From: a virus
Taxonomy: Duplodnaviria > Caudoviricetes
Length of the DNA stretch: 57,043 nucleotides
IMG/VR virus record: IMGVR_UViG_3300007735_000759
Location: 1-57,043 of that record
Strand: one strand, 5' to 3'
Shown here: piece after piece, positions 30,322 to 39,611 of the stretch
Position numbering within the stretch: position 1 is the first letter of the stretch
How the letters are laid out: each line of letters opens with the position of its first letter
Translations under genes and position numbers: made by a program
The notes under the pieces: generated by a model
Database searches by the model: none
Told to the model about the DNA's origin: nothing
Seen by the model: the letters and a program-made list of their open reading frames with translations, nothing else

Positions 30322-31233
30322 TTGTTGACAAAAAAACAACTGGAAGCACGCAAAAATGGCATAGGTGGGAGTGATATTGCGAAAATTTTAGGGGAGTCGT
30401 CATATGGGGGGCCTCTGGATTTATATCATGAGAAATTAAATGATTTTACTGAAGAATCAAATGATGAAAACATCCCGGCAGAGATTGGGAATGAACTAGA
30501 AGCTTATTTGAGCAAGAAATACACTCAACGAACAGGCAAAAAAGTTTTTGTTGTTGATACAATATATCACAAAGAATTTCCGTTTTTATTTGCTAATGTG
30601 GATGGGGTTATTGAGGACAATGGCATTTTAGAATGCAAATGTGCAACACATAGGCAGTTTGTAAAATGGGGTGAAGAAGGCACTTTTGATATTCCAGACC
30701 CGTATAAATTGCAAGTAGCTTACTACGCATCAATTACAGGTGCCCCGTACGTTGATATTATTGTCAATTTTGGGAACCTTAATATAAACATTTATCGGTA
30801 TGAAAGAAATTTAAAGTTTGAAGAAATTATTGTTAAAAAAGCTAAAGATTTTTGGTTAAATCATGTAATTCCAAGAATACCCCCAGAACCCTTAACGCCC
30901 CAAGAAACATTTAGGAATTACGGAGTATTACAAACACATAAAGACAGCATTAAGCAAATTGACGGTGTTCACTATTCTTCTTACGAAAAACTTGTTTATC
31001 TAACAAAACAAAAAAAAGAATTGGATGAAAAGATAGAACAAGAAAAAGCTAAATTATGTCTTTTTTTGAAAGAAAATGAAGTTCTCGTTGATTCAGGAGA
31101 TAAAGTCTTAGCAACATATAAAGGTTATCAGACAGAAAGATTCGATACAAAATTGTTTAAAGAGAAGGAGCCGTTGCAATACAGAGAATATTTAAAAAAA
31201 ACAAATACAAGAAAGTTTTTAATAAAGGAATAA
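30322..31233 (+). CDS. YqaJ-like (lambda exo family) exonuclease
   Basis: RKNGIGGSDIA…G.ELE…ANVDG…LECK…Y.LQV..Y motifs. Confidence 0.92.
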   Translation: MLTKKQLEARKNGIGGSDIAKILGESSYGGPLDLYHEKLNDFTEESNDENIPAEIGNELEAYLSKKYTQRTGKKVFVVDTIYHKEFPFLFANVDGVIEDNGILECKCATHRQFVKWGEEGTFDIPDPYKLQVAYYASITGAPYVDIIVNFGNLNINIYRYERNLKFEEIIVKKAKDFWLNHVIPRIPPEPLTPQETFRNYGVLQTHKDSIKQIDGVHYSSYEKLVYLTKQKKELDEKIEQEKAKLCLFLKENEVLVDSGDKVLATYKGYQTERFDTKLFKEKEPLQYREYLKKTNTRKFLIKE

Positions 31234-31242
31234 TTGAAACAG

Positions 31243-31470
31243 ATGATTAGTGAAGAAAAACTCAGATTAATACACGCAGAATTATCACAAATTCTGAAAG
31301 GGCAAGATATATTTATTGTTTTGGAAGCCTTGAGGCAATTGACTATAGGCATCTTTGATTGCGTTAAAGAAGAAGCATCTTCGGAAGTTTTTGATTTTAT
31401 ATATATTAGATTTTATCAAAAATTAAAGAACTATGAGAAATTCAACGGAGAGGCATTTAATGAAAGATAA
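31243..31470 (+). CDS. small helical protein, paralogue family member 1
   Basis: Ungapped similarity to 31460-31684 and 31720-31956. Confidence 0.65.
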   Translation: MISEEKLRLIHAELSQILKGQDIFIVLEALRQLTIGIFDCVKEEASSEVFDFIYIRFYQKLKNYEKFNGEAFNER

Positions 31471-31684
31471 TTTTGGAGTGTCTGTAATAATAGCTTCAGG
31501 AATGGTAACAATTTTAAACGGTTTAAAATTCCCAGTAGGTTTAGCAATTATAGATTGTTTGTTGGAGAGTGCTTTCAGACAATTAAAGGAAGAACTGCCA
31601 GCATCTGAATATGAAGAATATAAAAAAGATTTTATTAACAAATTATTTGACGCTGAATTTATAAAAAAAATGGAAAAGAAATAA
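31460..31684 (+). CDS. small helical protein, paralogue family member 2
   Basis: GAGG SD before ATG 31460; similarity to neighbours. Confidence 0.65.
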   Translation: MKDNFGVSVIIASGMVTILNGLKFPVGLAIIDCLLESAFRQLKEELPASEYEEYKKDFINKLFDAEFIKKMEKK

Positions 31685-31719
31685 ATTTACATTAAAAGAA
31701 AGGAATTATAGGTAATAAG

Positions 31720-31956
31720 ATGCAGCCATTCGACACAAAACAGAAAACAATAATATGCGAGATATTGGATTTATTAGATGGATTAGCAAATAACGATTGT
31801 GAAAATATTATTTGTGCGATAATAACATCAATTTATGGAGGTTTAAAAGATTCAGGACAGGAAGAAATCGCAGAATATTATTTTGAAGTAATGATAAAAA
31901 AAATTAATTATCTTTATGAAAACAGAGATCGTTTAGATAAAACAGAGATCGTTTAG
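31720..31956 (+). CDS. small helical protein, paralogue family member 3
   Basis: Similarity to neighbours. Confidence 0.65.
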   Translation: MQPFDTKQKTIICEILDLLDGLANNDCENIICAIITSIYGGLKDSGQEEIAEYYFEVMIKKINYLYENRDRLDKTEIV

Positions 31957-31980
31957 AGAAAACGGAAGAGAGAGAAGATA

Positions 31981-32796
31981 ATGATGGAAAATAACGCAAT
32001 TGAAAAAAGACAGGATAATAATCAAAATAAATTAGACGCGCCTATTATGAAAGTAGATGCAGCAATTGATACGCAAATTATGACAGCTAAATCATTTCCT
32101 CGTGATTTGAAAAAATGTATGAAAAATATTATAGATGCGGCGACATCTGATAATGAGATTGCTGAAACATGTTTTTATGTGCTCCCCCCAAAAAAAGGAC
32201 AACAAGAATCAATTAAAGGCGCTTCAATTAGGTTAGCAGAAATTTGTTTTTCTTTTTGGGGGAATATCAGAGGAGGAACAAGAGTAATTAAAAATGATGG
32301 CCGTCATGTTATAGTAGAAGGCTACGCTTGGGATTTAGAAGAAAATGCATACACATCACTTGAGATTATAAAAAGTATAAGAGACAGAAATGGAGAGACA
32401 TACTCTCCTTCAATGCAGGCAATAACAATAAGCGCGGCGTCTGCTATTGCCTTTCGAAATGCAATTTTTAAAGTTATACCGTTTGTTTTTGTTGAAAAAG
32501 CTTATAAAAAATGTATGGAAATAACCCAAAATGAAAATGAATTTAACAAAAGAAGATCAAAAACATTTGAAAGAATGATTGAGTTAGGAGTTAACAAGGA
32601 AATTATCCTTGATTTCTACAAAATAAAAACCATCGATGAAATAACGCCCGATCAGTTGACAGAAATTATAGGCATCGGTACTTCAATAAAAGAAGGCTAT
32701 ATTAAAAAAGAAGAAGCTTTTTGTTTTGATGCTAAAACTGGTGAAGTTTATGCAAGATTAGAAGATCGGTTAATCGAAACGGAAAATAAGGAATAA
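31981..32796 (+). CDS. putative single-strand annealing/recombination protein
   Basis: QIMTAK.FPR…AETCFY.LP…G.SIRLAEI…WGN…AWDLE.N family recalled next to YqaJ genes; occupies the RecT/Erf slot. Confidence 0.55.
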   Translation: MMENNAIEKRQDNNQNKLDAPIMKVDAAIDTQIMTAKSFPRDLKKCMKNIIDAATSDNEIAETCFYVLPPKKGQQESIKGASIRLAEICFSFWGNIRGGTRVIKNDGRHVIVEGYAWDLEENAYTSLEIIKSIRDRNGETYSPSMQAITISAASAIAFRNAIFKVIPFVFVEKAYKKCMEITQNENEFNKRRSKTFERMIELGVNKEIILDFYKIKTIDEITPDQLTEIIGIGTSIKEGYIKKEEAFCFDAKTGEVYARLEDRLIETENKE

Positions 32797-33115
32797 TTTG
32801 TGTTATTAGGTTTTAAAATAAAAAACGCCGTTATTCCTGATAGATACCTTTGAGTTAACACAAATGGATAAGAATTTTTATAAAAATTTTATAAAAGAAC
32901 GGATAGATTAAAAAAATGCTTGAAGATAAACATAGGTTAACAATTATTATTTGCACAATAATATGTCTTTTTTTATAGTATTAGCCTCAATAGCAAATGG
33001 GTTTGTTAACAGACTTGATAGTCAAAATGACAGACTTATTAAATTAGAAACTCAAATGGAATATTTAATTTCTAAAAATATTGATTAATGAAAATATTTA
33101 TTTTATAATAAAATT

Positions 33116-33188
33116 ATCACAAAGACAAACTCCTTAATCATAACTTTATAAATTTCCGTTAGAGAAGTTAAAAAGTTGTCTTTGTGAT
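33116..33188. repeat. long intergenic hairpin
   Basis: 13-bp perfect arms ATCACAAAGACAA/TTGTCTTTGTGAT with an inner TAACTT/AAGTTA stem. Confidence 0.7.
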
Positions 33189-33228
33189 TCATTAATCCCA
33201 AACCTAAATAAAGAAGTTTCATTAAAAA

Positions 33229-34080
33229 ATGGTTAGTAGCATGTACGAAAAAACAAAGTTAGATGATTATGGCATCTTAGAAACATTTTCAATTGTGAAA
33301 ATAGGGACTTATTTCGGAGTATTAGAGGGGGTGACACAACACTACCCCCTCAACACCCTTTCGTCTTATGCGAAAATGCTAAATACGATGCAAAAAGATA
33401 ATCTTTTTGTATACATATATGTGCACCAAAAAAAAGGTAGTCAGAAAATCCCAAATCTTAATAAAAACATTGTTATATCAAATGATCCTTTTCATTTTTT
33501 CTTAATGGATGAAATGGAAAACGGTTTTAAAAATCGCAAGCTACCCCTAAGTCAAAGTGAAAAAACAAAATTTTGTAGATTTTTGTCAGATTTTATTACA
33601 ATTGAGAAAAAAATACCTACAATAAAAGATTTTACCCCCGGCTCAATGCTTTTAATTTGCAAGAAAAACGAAGACTGGACATTGGAAATTAAAAGAAACT
33701 ATGAAAAGTTTTATTACAGTGTGTTAGCAATTGAGGGGAGACCCGAACGTTGGTATTCTGATAATAGGGAAAATTTAATCCATAAGATAAAAGTCTGGAT
33801 AACAGAAGGTGTAATTGATTCTAATTTAGATGATAAAGATGTACGCCCAATATTAAGATTGTTAAAATATTTTGTAGATTACGATTATGAACAAGATAAA
33901 GATGAAGCTGTAGCAAAAGAATATTTTACAGAGAAAGAAATTGATCATCTAAACAAAGTAATAGATAGGTGGGCAAATGGTGATAAAAGGTATGCACCTG
34001 AACGTTTTGTTCATAGCTTAAAACCTGTCTTAAAAGAAATGATAAAAGAAATAAAAATTGGCAGTCTAGATGATGACTAA
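33229..34080 (+). CDS. hypothetical protein
   Basis: 283-aa ORF; no recognised motif. Confidence 0.7.
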   Translation: MVSSMYEKTKLDDYGILETFSIVKIGTYFGVLEGVTQHYPLNTLSSYAKMLNTMQKDNLFVYIYVHQKKGSQKIPNLNKNIVISNDPFHFFLMDEMENGFKNRKLPLSQSEKTKFCRFLSDFITIEKKIPTIKDFTPGSMLLICKKNEDWTLEIKRNYEKFYYSVLAIEGRPERWYSDNRENLIHKIKVWITEGVIDSNLDDKDVRPILRLLKYFVDYDYEQDKDEAVAKEYFTEKEIDHLNKVIDRWANGDKRYAPERFVHSLKPVLKEMIKEIKIGSLDDD

Positions 34081-34235
34081 ACAATTCCCCATATCTTCCT
34101 TTATTGTACTAATTACATTAGTAAATTTATTTTTCATTTTTGTAAATTACATAATGAACTCGTATACTCACGACATTGTTTCAGAAACAATGTCGATTAT
34201 CAAAGAAGAAATTGCAGCGAGTCACGAGATTAATA

Positions 34236-34601
34236 ATGAGTAAAATTTACATCTCAACATTACGTCCCAACAAAAACAGAAGACTCCCCTATGCAGAATT
34301 AGTAAAAGATGTAGCTTTGTATCCTGTGTCAACAAACAGGGAGAGAGGGGAGCGTTTGGGGCAATTGGGTGCCGACATTATTTTTCACATGCTTAAAAGA
34401 TTAAATATGAAATCTCAGGCCTCCGTTGGGAGACCTTTAAAATTAACCGAAGAGCAAGTAACAAAATACGTTATGCAGAATCCCCATTTTAAATTATTTG
34501 ACATGTCTAAGTATTTTAATTGCTCAATGACGGCGTGCTGGAACGCCCTAAAGAGAAATGGTATTGTAAAAAAATACACAGGAATACAAGTAAAAGAATA
34601 A
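34236..34601 (+). CDS. protein of two tandem IS630-transposase-type HTH domains (no DDE domain)
   Basis: LVKDVALYP….ERGERLG…LKRL and YV.QNP…L..MSKYFNCS..A…ALKR.GI.KK. Confidence 0.65.
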   Translation: MSKIYISTLRPNKNRRLPYAELVKDVALYPVSTNRERGERLGQLGADIIFHMLKRLNMKSQASVGRPLKLTEEQVTKYVMQNPHFKLFDMSKYFNCSMTACWNALKRNGIVKKYTGIQVKE

Positions 34602-34609
34602 ATTTAAAA

Positions 34610-35116
34610 ATGGATTCTATAATTTTCCCTCTTTGCGTTTTTATTTCAGTTTGGGCCATGGTAGGGCTGGTTCAAATCTTAATCTGGATAAAAAATAAGA
34701 AAACCCAAAAATCGATAGAAACATACATTGAATCAATAAAGTCTATTTATATTCCTTTTAAAGGCGCCGTTAAATTTATGTTTAATTCAGGTTATTATGA
34801 ATATAATGAGCAGGATTTAATGAACCAATTAGAAAGGATTACGCCAGAAGCTTATTATAGGCAATTATTAATTATTAAAATTAAAAAAAAAGAGATTTGC
34901 TTATATGCAAGAAAAATCAATGGTCCTAATTCCGAAATGCAAAAAATAGACGTGAATCAATTTAAAAAACTTTACCTAGAAACAGATTGTAATTTTCTGT
35001 CAACCCCCATTTACAGTCAAGATCGAGAAAATGTCTATACTGATTTAAGTTTTGAGGAAAATGAATTAAATTTGTTATTGGAAAATTTAAAAAAAACAAA
35101 CAACACGAATGTCTAG
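34610..35116 (+). CDS. membrane-anchored hypothetical protein
   Basis: N-terminal TM IIFPLCVFISVWAMVGLVQILIWI. Confidence 0.65.
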   Translation: MDSIIFPLCVFISVWAMVGLVQILIWIKNKKTQKSIETYIESIKSIYIPFKGAVKFMFNSGYYEYNEQDLMNQLERITPEAYYRQLLIIKIKKKEICLYARKINGPNSEMQKIDVNQFKKLYLETDCNFLSTPIYSQDRENVYTDLSFEENELNLLLENLKKTNNTNV

Positions 35117-35120
35117 AAAA

Positions 35121-35197
35121 AATGATCCCCACTAAAATGCGATTTTAGTGATATCATTAATCTTTAAAAATTACATCACCAAAATGACATTTGTGAT
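35121..35197. terminator. two related hairpins between convergent genes
   Basis: CACTAAAAT-GCG-ATTTTAGTG and ATCACCAAAATGACATTTGTGAT. Confidence 0.45.
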
Positions 35198-35213
35198 TTT
35201 TGTGAATAAAATA

Positions 35214-35441
35214 TTATCTACCTATAATAATAACGGCATATTTATACCAATTTATTTCTTTTGATTTTCTAACTTTTTCGTCATAGACATCTTTATCAAA
35301 AGATCCATATAAGCTACGTGTTGCAATACTTATCAAAAAATCACAATCCTCTGAACTTAAATTAAACAAATTTAAATCTTTTCCTTTAACAGTTACATTT
35401 AAAGGTTCCTCAGGATAAAAATACTTATTTTCAACCGACAC
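35214..35441 (-). CDS. hypothetical protein
   Basis: 75-aa ORF in a minus-strand cluster. Confidence 0.45.
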   Translation of the reverse strand: MSVENKYFYPEEPLNVTVKGKDLNLFNLSSEDCDFLISIATRSLYGSFDKDVYDEKVRKSKEINWYKYAVIIIGR

Positions 35442-35520
35442 TGAAGTTTCATTTTTTTTTGATATTGTGAATCAATTGTAGCAAGAATTTTCATTAGATC
35501 ATTATTTAGGGAGTTCATAA

Positions 35521-36009
35521 TTAATCTTTACTTAAATAATCAAAAATTATTCTTGCAGTTGCGTAATCAGTAGAAAAATCACCTGTTTTATAATACTGAA
35601 GCATATATTCAAATGCTTCTTTTTTGGTAATCGTAGAACTTGGAGAAATTTCTTGTATTTTAAGCTCCTCCACCATCATCTCGTCAGAGATATGCTCTTC
35701 TCTTTGTGTGATTGGAAGATTATTAATATTAGGCACCGATATTTGATTTAAAAATTCACGAGTAAGTTTTTCTTGTGATAAACTTAGTGTTTTTCGTTCT
35801 CTAGCAAGTCGCCGCCCTTCTTTTAATTTAGCTAAATGCTCAGGAGATAACGTTTTTTTAGTTTTTTGCTCAATTGTCATTTCATTTTTCTCATTCATCT
35901 TTTTTTTATAAGCGTTCCATATTGCCTCGGCCCATCCCCCCAAATCGCAGTCTCTATAGACTATTTTATACATAGGAAGTAAAGTATGGTAGTTGTCCGA
36001 CGTAGCCAT
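35521..36009 (-). CDS. hypothetical protein
   Basis: ORF with basic helix LSPEHLAKLKEGRR; start uncertain. Confidence 0.6.
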   Translation of the reverse strand: MATSDNYHTLLPMYKIVYRDCDLGGWAEAIWNAYKKKMNEKNEMTIEQKTKKTLSPEHLAKLKEGRRLARERKTLSLSQEKLTREFLNQISVPNINNLPITQREEHISDEMMVEELKIQEISPSSTITKKEAFEYMLQYYKTGDFSTDYATARIIFDYLSKD

Positions 36010-36012
36010 ACG

Positions 36013-36444
36013 TTATTTTCTTAACCCTGGTTTTAATTCGTCTATCTTCTGTTTCAATTTTTTAATGAGCTGTTGTTCTTTTGTCTGTTCTGGCCCTGAT
36101 TCAGGGAATTCTTTTATATATAAATTTTCTGAATGAGGACGGAACAATCCTTTGCGATCGTTTATCCTAAATAAAGCGAAAGGCGTATTAATTAAGCGGT
36201 CTGTTAAATACATTTTAAGATCTTTTTTTGATATTTCAAATCTTTTTAATTTTGCAAGGGTTTCCCATAATAAATTATGAACCTCTGTTTTTTCCAGAAA
36301 TCCCCTATCAGAAACAAAGAACATCTCTTGATCCTCATCTTTCCTTTCTTTTTTTACAAACAAAATCAAATCATCTGTTGGGAAAAGCGAGGAATTATCA
36401 AGTATTTCAGGGTAATTATATATTGCGGTCATATTAATAAGCAT
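36013..36444 (-). CDS. hypothetical protein
   Basis: 143 aa, tightly packed. Confidence 0.65.
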   Translation of the reverse strand: MLINMTAIYNYPEILDNSSLFPTDDLILFVKKERKDEDQEMFFVSDRGFLEKTEVHNLLWETLAKLKRFEISKKDLKMYLTDRLINTPFALFRINDRKGLFRPHSENLYIKEFPESGPEQTKEQQLIKKLKQKIDELKPGLRK

Positions 36445-36446
36445 GG

Positions 36447-36746
36447 CTATTTTTCCTCTTTTTCGTTAGCTTTATCAAGCATTTCAGGAAAATTAAATTT
36501 ATTTCTTACATTAATAAGATGCGCAATAACATCCGTAGCCTTTCCATTTAATTCTGAAGAATATTTATTAAATGTTCCCTCTAAGAATCCTTTAAAATAT
36601 TCGTTTACAGCTAAACATTCGCCAACAAATTTCTTTAAATCTTCTATTTCTTCGTTTTTTTCTTTTATTAAAGCGCGAAGCTCTTTAATTAGTTTTTGAT
36701 CCTCAGAAAGAGGGATTGTTTCTTTCCATTCACTCAAAATATACAC
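36447..36746 (-). CDS. hypothetical coiled-coil protein
   Basis: 99 aa, tightly packed. Confidence 0.6.
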   Translation of the reverse strand: MYILSEWKETIPLSEDQKLIKELRALIKEKNEEIEDLKKFVGECLAVNEYFKGFLEGTFNKYSSELNGKATDVIAHLINVRNKFNFPEMLDKANEKEEK

Positions 36747-37031
36747 CGCCTAAATATCAATTTTTTGTTTTTTAATCATACGGATTGACACCCCTACTGT
36801 AATTAACAAAAGAGCTGAAAGCAACCATAATGATGCAGCGAGCATAAAGACACCTTAAAAAAATAGTGATGATGAAAATGGATGTAAGTGTTATTTATAA
36901 ACTTTTTATTGTATAACAAACAACACCCATAAAGATAATATGCTAAAAGCAAATATAAATGCAAGTACATTTCTATACTTTTTTTCTGGCCATGCCGTTT
37001 TATTCATAAAAGTTACTCCCGTTTTTAATAT

Positions 37032-37337
37032 TTATCTTTTAATAAGAACTGGTAATTTTTTTGGGTCACCTCCGCTTTCAACATATTCTATAACTTCTTT
37101 TATAGAATGAGATTCAAAACTCCTACATTTATCGTCCGTGCAATGCCATTGTTTGTTATGACGGCGAATGAATGCAAATGACTGTCGATCATTGCCTTGA
37201 TTATTTAAAGAAAAATAATCTAAATTATCAATTCTATTCAAAACAGTCTCAAAATAATCTAAAACGTCCGTTTTATCTGTTAATTTATCTAAAGGGACGG
37301 TTGATTTAATCTTCTTTTTTTTGAAAAACGGTAACAT
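37032..37337 (-). CDS. hypothetical protein
   Basis: GGAGGAG SD; 101 aa. Confidence 0.65.
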   Translation of the reverse strand: MLPFFKKKKIKSTVPLDKLTDKTDVLDYFETVLNRIDNLDYFSLNNQGNDRQSFAFIRRHNKQWHCTDDKCRSFESHSIKEVIEYVESGGDPKKLPVLIKR

Positions 37338-37339
37338 AC

Positions 37340-37861
37340 TTACTCCTCCTGTTTATTACCAAGTACCAATCCTTTGTATCCTGTGTGAATAAAAAGACAT
37401 TCCTCACCATTAGCGTAAATAGCTATTAACAGCTCCCCTGTTCTTGGGGTAAAAAAATGATAATCCATTTGGCCGTCATAACATATATTTACTTGACCTT
37501 TTTTAACCATTTGCAAAAGACTGTTATAATAAAAATCTAATTCGTTATCTTCTGAGTTAATGATCTTTTCGTAATTACTTAAATTAAGCGTTATGCTTTT
37601 AGATGGCTTTTTATTTGATATCTTTTCCTCAGGGGATGGAGGTAATTGAGAGACATAAACGAAAAGTTTTCTAAGCACATACACAAAGAAAAAAGACAGA
37701 TATGCCACCCTAATTCCAAAATGAATTTTTGAAAAATGAGTTTTTAGCAAAAGATGACTCAATATCATTGTGAGGGATGAAAGAAACAACAACACTTCTC
37801 CATACCAATCATCCAAAAAATAAAAAAATTTCTTATTAATTATATTAATTAAATTAATCAT
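37340..37861 (-). CDS. two-TM membrane protein
   Basis: Two hydrophobic segments followed by a soluble domain. Confidence 0.6.
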   Translation of the reverse strand: MINLINIINKKFFYFLDDWYGEVLLFLSSLTMILSHLLLKTHFSKIHFGIRVAYLSFFFVYVLRKLFVYVSQLPPSPEEKISNKKPSKSITLNLSNYEKIINSEDNELDFYYNSLLQMVKKGQVNICYDGQMDYHFFTPRTGELLIAIYANGEECLFIHTGYKGLVLGNKQEE

Positions 37862-38024
37862 AAAACCCCAACCAAAACAAACTCCCCGCGTGATAGAGAA
37901 AACTTAAAAAAGTTATTTCAAAAAAAGATGAAGATCTTTTATGGATTTTCTTCATAAGTAATTGTGAAAGGGAAAAGGTAATAGAAGAAAAAAGACAATA
38001 TAAAAAAAAGGAAAAAAGCATTTT

Positions 38025-38327
38025 CTATTTCTTTTCTTTATGCGGAGTAAGCCCTTCATAATAAGGGCATTCAGGATTTAATATTAAATAAAAATCCTCT
38101 TGTATTTTTTTAAATTCCTGTAATGTTTTAACAGATATAAAACAATTCAAACCTAAACCTATAATTGTTATTAGTAACGCAACCTTTGCCACAACATCAA
38201 AATTATTCATAATACTACACACAAAAAAAGGAAACTGCTTGATCATTAGCACGTATTGTAATTTAAAAAAAGAAGAAATATCGGCATTTTTTCTAAAAGA
38301 AATAGAATTTTTTAAAAATGCAGGCAA
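38025..38327 (-). CDS. small membrane protein
   Basis: TM VALLITIIGLGLNCFISV; true start probably downstream. Confidence 0.5.
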   Translation of the reverse strand: MPAFLKNSISFRKNADISSFFKLQYVLMIKQFPFFVCSIMNNFDVVAKVALLITIIGLGLNCFISVKTLQEFKKIQEDFYLILNPECPYYEGLTPHKEKK

Positions 38328-38541
38328 TTAAAAGAGAAATTATCGCGCTCGCTGCTGTACCAATAATAGTTATCAACGTTGAATATTGCATTTTACCATT
38401 ACTTTTAATATGCACAAACTGATATAGTTTGCGAAATAAAGAACTTTCCAAGAACCAATATAAACCATACATTACAATAAACAACATGAACCCACAAAAG
38501 CACACCAGGAAAATAAGAATAAGGAATTGAATTTCAATCAT
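38293..38541 (-). CDS. two-TM small protein
   Basis: Two hydrophobic helices. Confidence 0.55.
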   Translation of the reverse strand: MIEIQFLILIFLVCFCGFMLFIVMYGLYWFLESSLFRKLYQFVHIKSNGKMQYSTLITIIGTAASAIISLLIACIFKKFYFF

Positions 38542-38618
38542 TTAAAGAAAAAAGCCCAAATTACAAGCATTTGAAAAAGCATTAAAAAAATTATCAAAGA
38601 AAATCATTCTTTATCCAT

Positions 38619-38912
38619 TTAAAATAAACTCAAAATCTCATCAAGAAATCTTATAGCCCCATATACAGCAACTGGTGTAAGAATTACAATAATTCTTTCG
38701 TATTCCGAATTTGTCCTTTTCAACATCTTTGTTATCTCGTTCAGTTTATTACAATAGTCTATTAACTGCTCATAAGTTACATCAACATACTCACCTTTAT
38801 ATTCTTTTTTTAAATATTTTTCATCCCGAACTTTCCTATATCGAGGCTCAAGAGAATAAATATTGTCCTTTACATGGATGTAATCTTTATTGTTGGCTCG
38901 TGTTTTTTTCAT
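38619..38912 (-). CDS. hypothetical protein with C-terminal hydrophobic segment
   Basis: 97 aa. Confidence 0.55.
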   Translation of the reverse strand: MKKTRANNKDYIHVKDNIYSLEPRYRKVRDEKYLKKEYKGEYVDVTYEQLIDYCNKLNEITKMLKRTNSEYERIIVILTPVAVYGAIRFLDEILSLF

Positions 38913-39309
38913 AATAGTAAAACTCTTTCAGGTTATAATTAAAATAAGAAGGGTTCCCTTCAATTAAATCTTGAATAATTAAATCTTGAGCTGCCTCTTT
39001 GGTTAAAAGCAATTCGGACCCTTCTTTTTTTGATTTAATCCGGTTATATCCGATACGATAATCTTCTATTGCCCATGGCTGTAAAATTTCTTTAAATTGC
39101 TTTAACGTGATTTCGATTTGTTCATATCGATAACAGGGCAACGAGTTGTTATAACGTTTTGTTAGAATCTCTTTAAATAATTGAATGCGATATCTTAGCC
39201 GCTTTCTTATTTCAAATAATTCGGAAATCACTAGCTCAAAATAAGCAAGTAGCAAACTTGTAACAAGAAAAACAAAACATATAATAAATTTTTCACCCAT
39301 ACCAAACAT
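38887..39309 (-). CDS. membrane-anchored hypothetical protein
   Basis: N-terminal TM. Confidence 0.55.
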   Translation of the reverse strand: MFGMGEKFIICFVFLVTSLLLAYFELVISELFEIRKRLRYRIQLFKEILTKRYNNSLPCYRYEQIEITLKQFKEILQPWAIEDYRIGYNRIKSKKEGSELLLTKEAAQDLIIQDLIEGNPSYFNYNLKEFYYYEKNTSQQ

Positions 39310-39574
39310 CTTTCAGTGCGATTGAATCTTTTATTAACTTTTTGGGATCTGTTAATCTTTTCCCAGAAGAAAGGCCTGTTTTATTTTTATTAGATTTTTT
39401 ATAACCATTCAACCGCAGCTGTTCTCTAGCTTCTCTTTCTTGAGGTGTTAAGTTGGCATAATATTCTTTCATTTTTCCAGATAATTTTTTACGAACTTCT
39501 AAAGAATGTCGATAAGTCATATGATCAATATCAATAATATTGTATATTTTTAATATAAATACCATGAAAGCCAA
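39293..39574 (-). CDS. small basic protein with a NUMOD3-like motif
   Basis: HSLEVRKKLS; true start probably MTYRH. Confidence 0.5.
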   Translation of the reverse strand: MAFMVFILKIYNIIDIDHMTYRHSLEVRKKLSGKMKEYYANLTPQEREAREQLRLNGYKKSNKNKTGLSSGKRLTDPKKLIKDSIALKDVWYG

Positions 39575-39611
39575 AAACTGTCAAACGGATAAGTGCGAAA
39601 GTTATGAGATT

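Noticed and set aside
31919-31958. 20-bp tandem duplication (AAAACAGAGATCGTTTAGA-)
   Set aside because: Only two copies at a gene end; most simply a local slippage event.
34176-34601. Active IS630 element
   Set aside because: No DDE domain and no terminal inverted repeats seen.
36700-36850. TAG recoding suggested by an in-frame TAG upstream of 36447-36746
   Set aside because: TAG ends the capsid, terminase and other genes at sensible positions, and long genes are not fragmented under the standard code.
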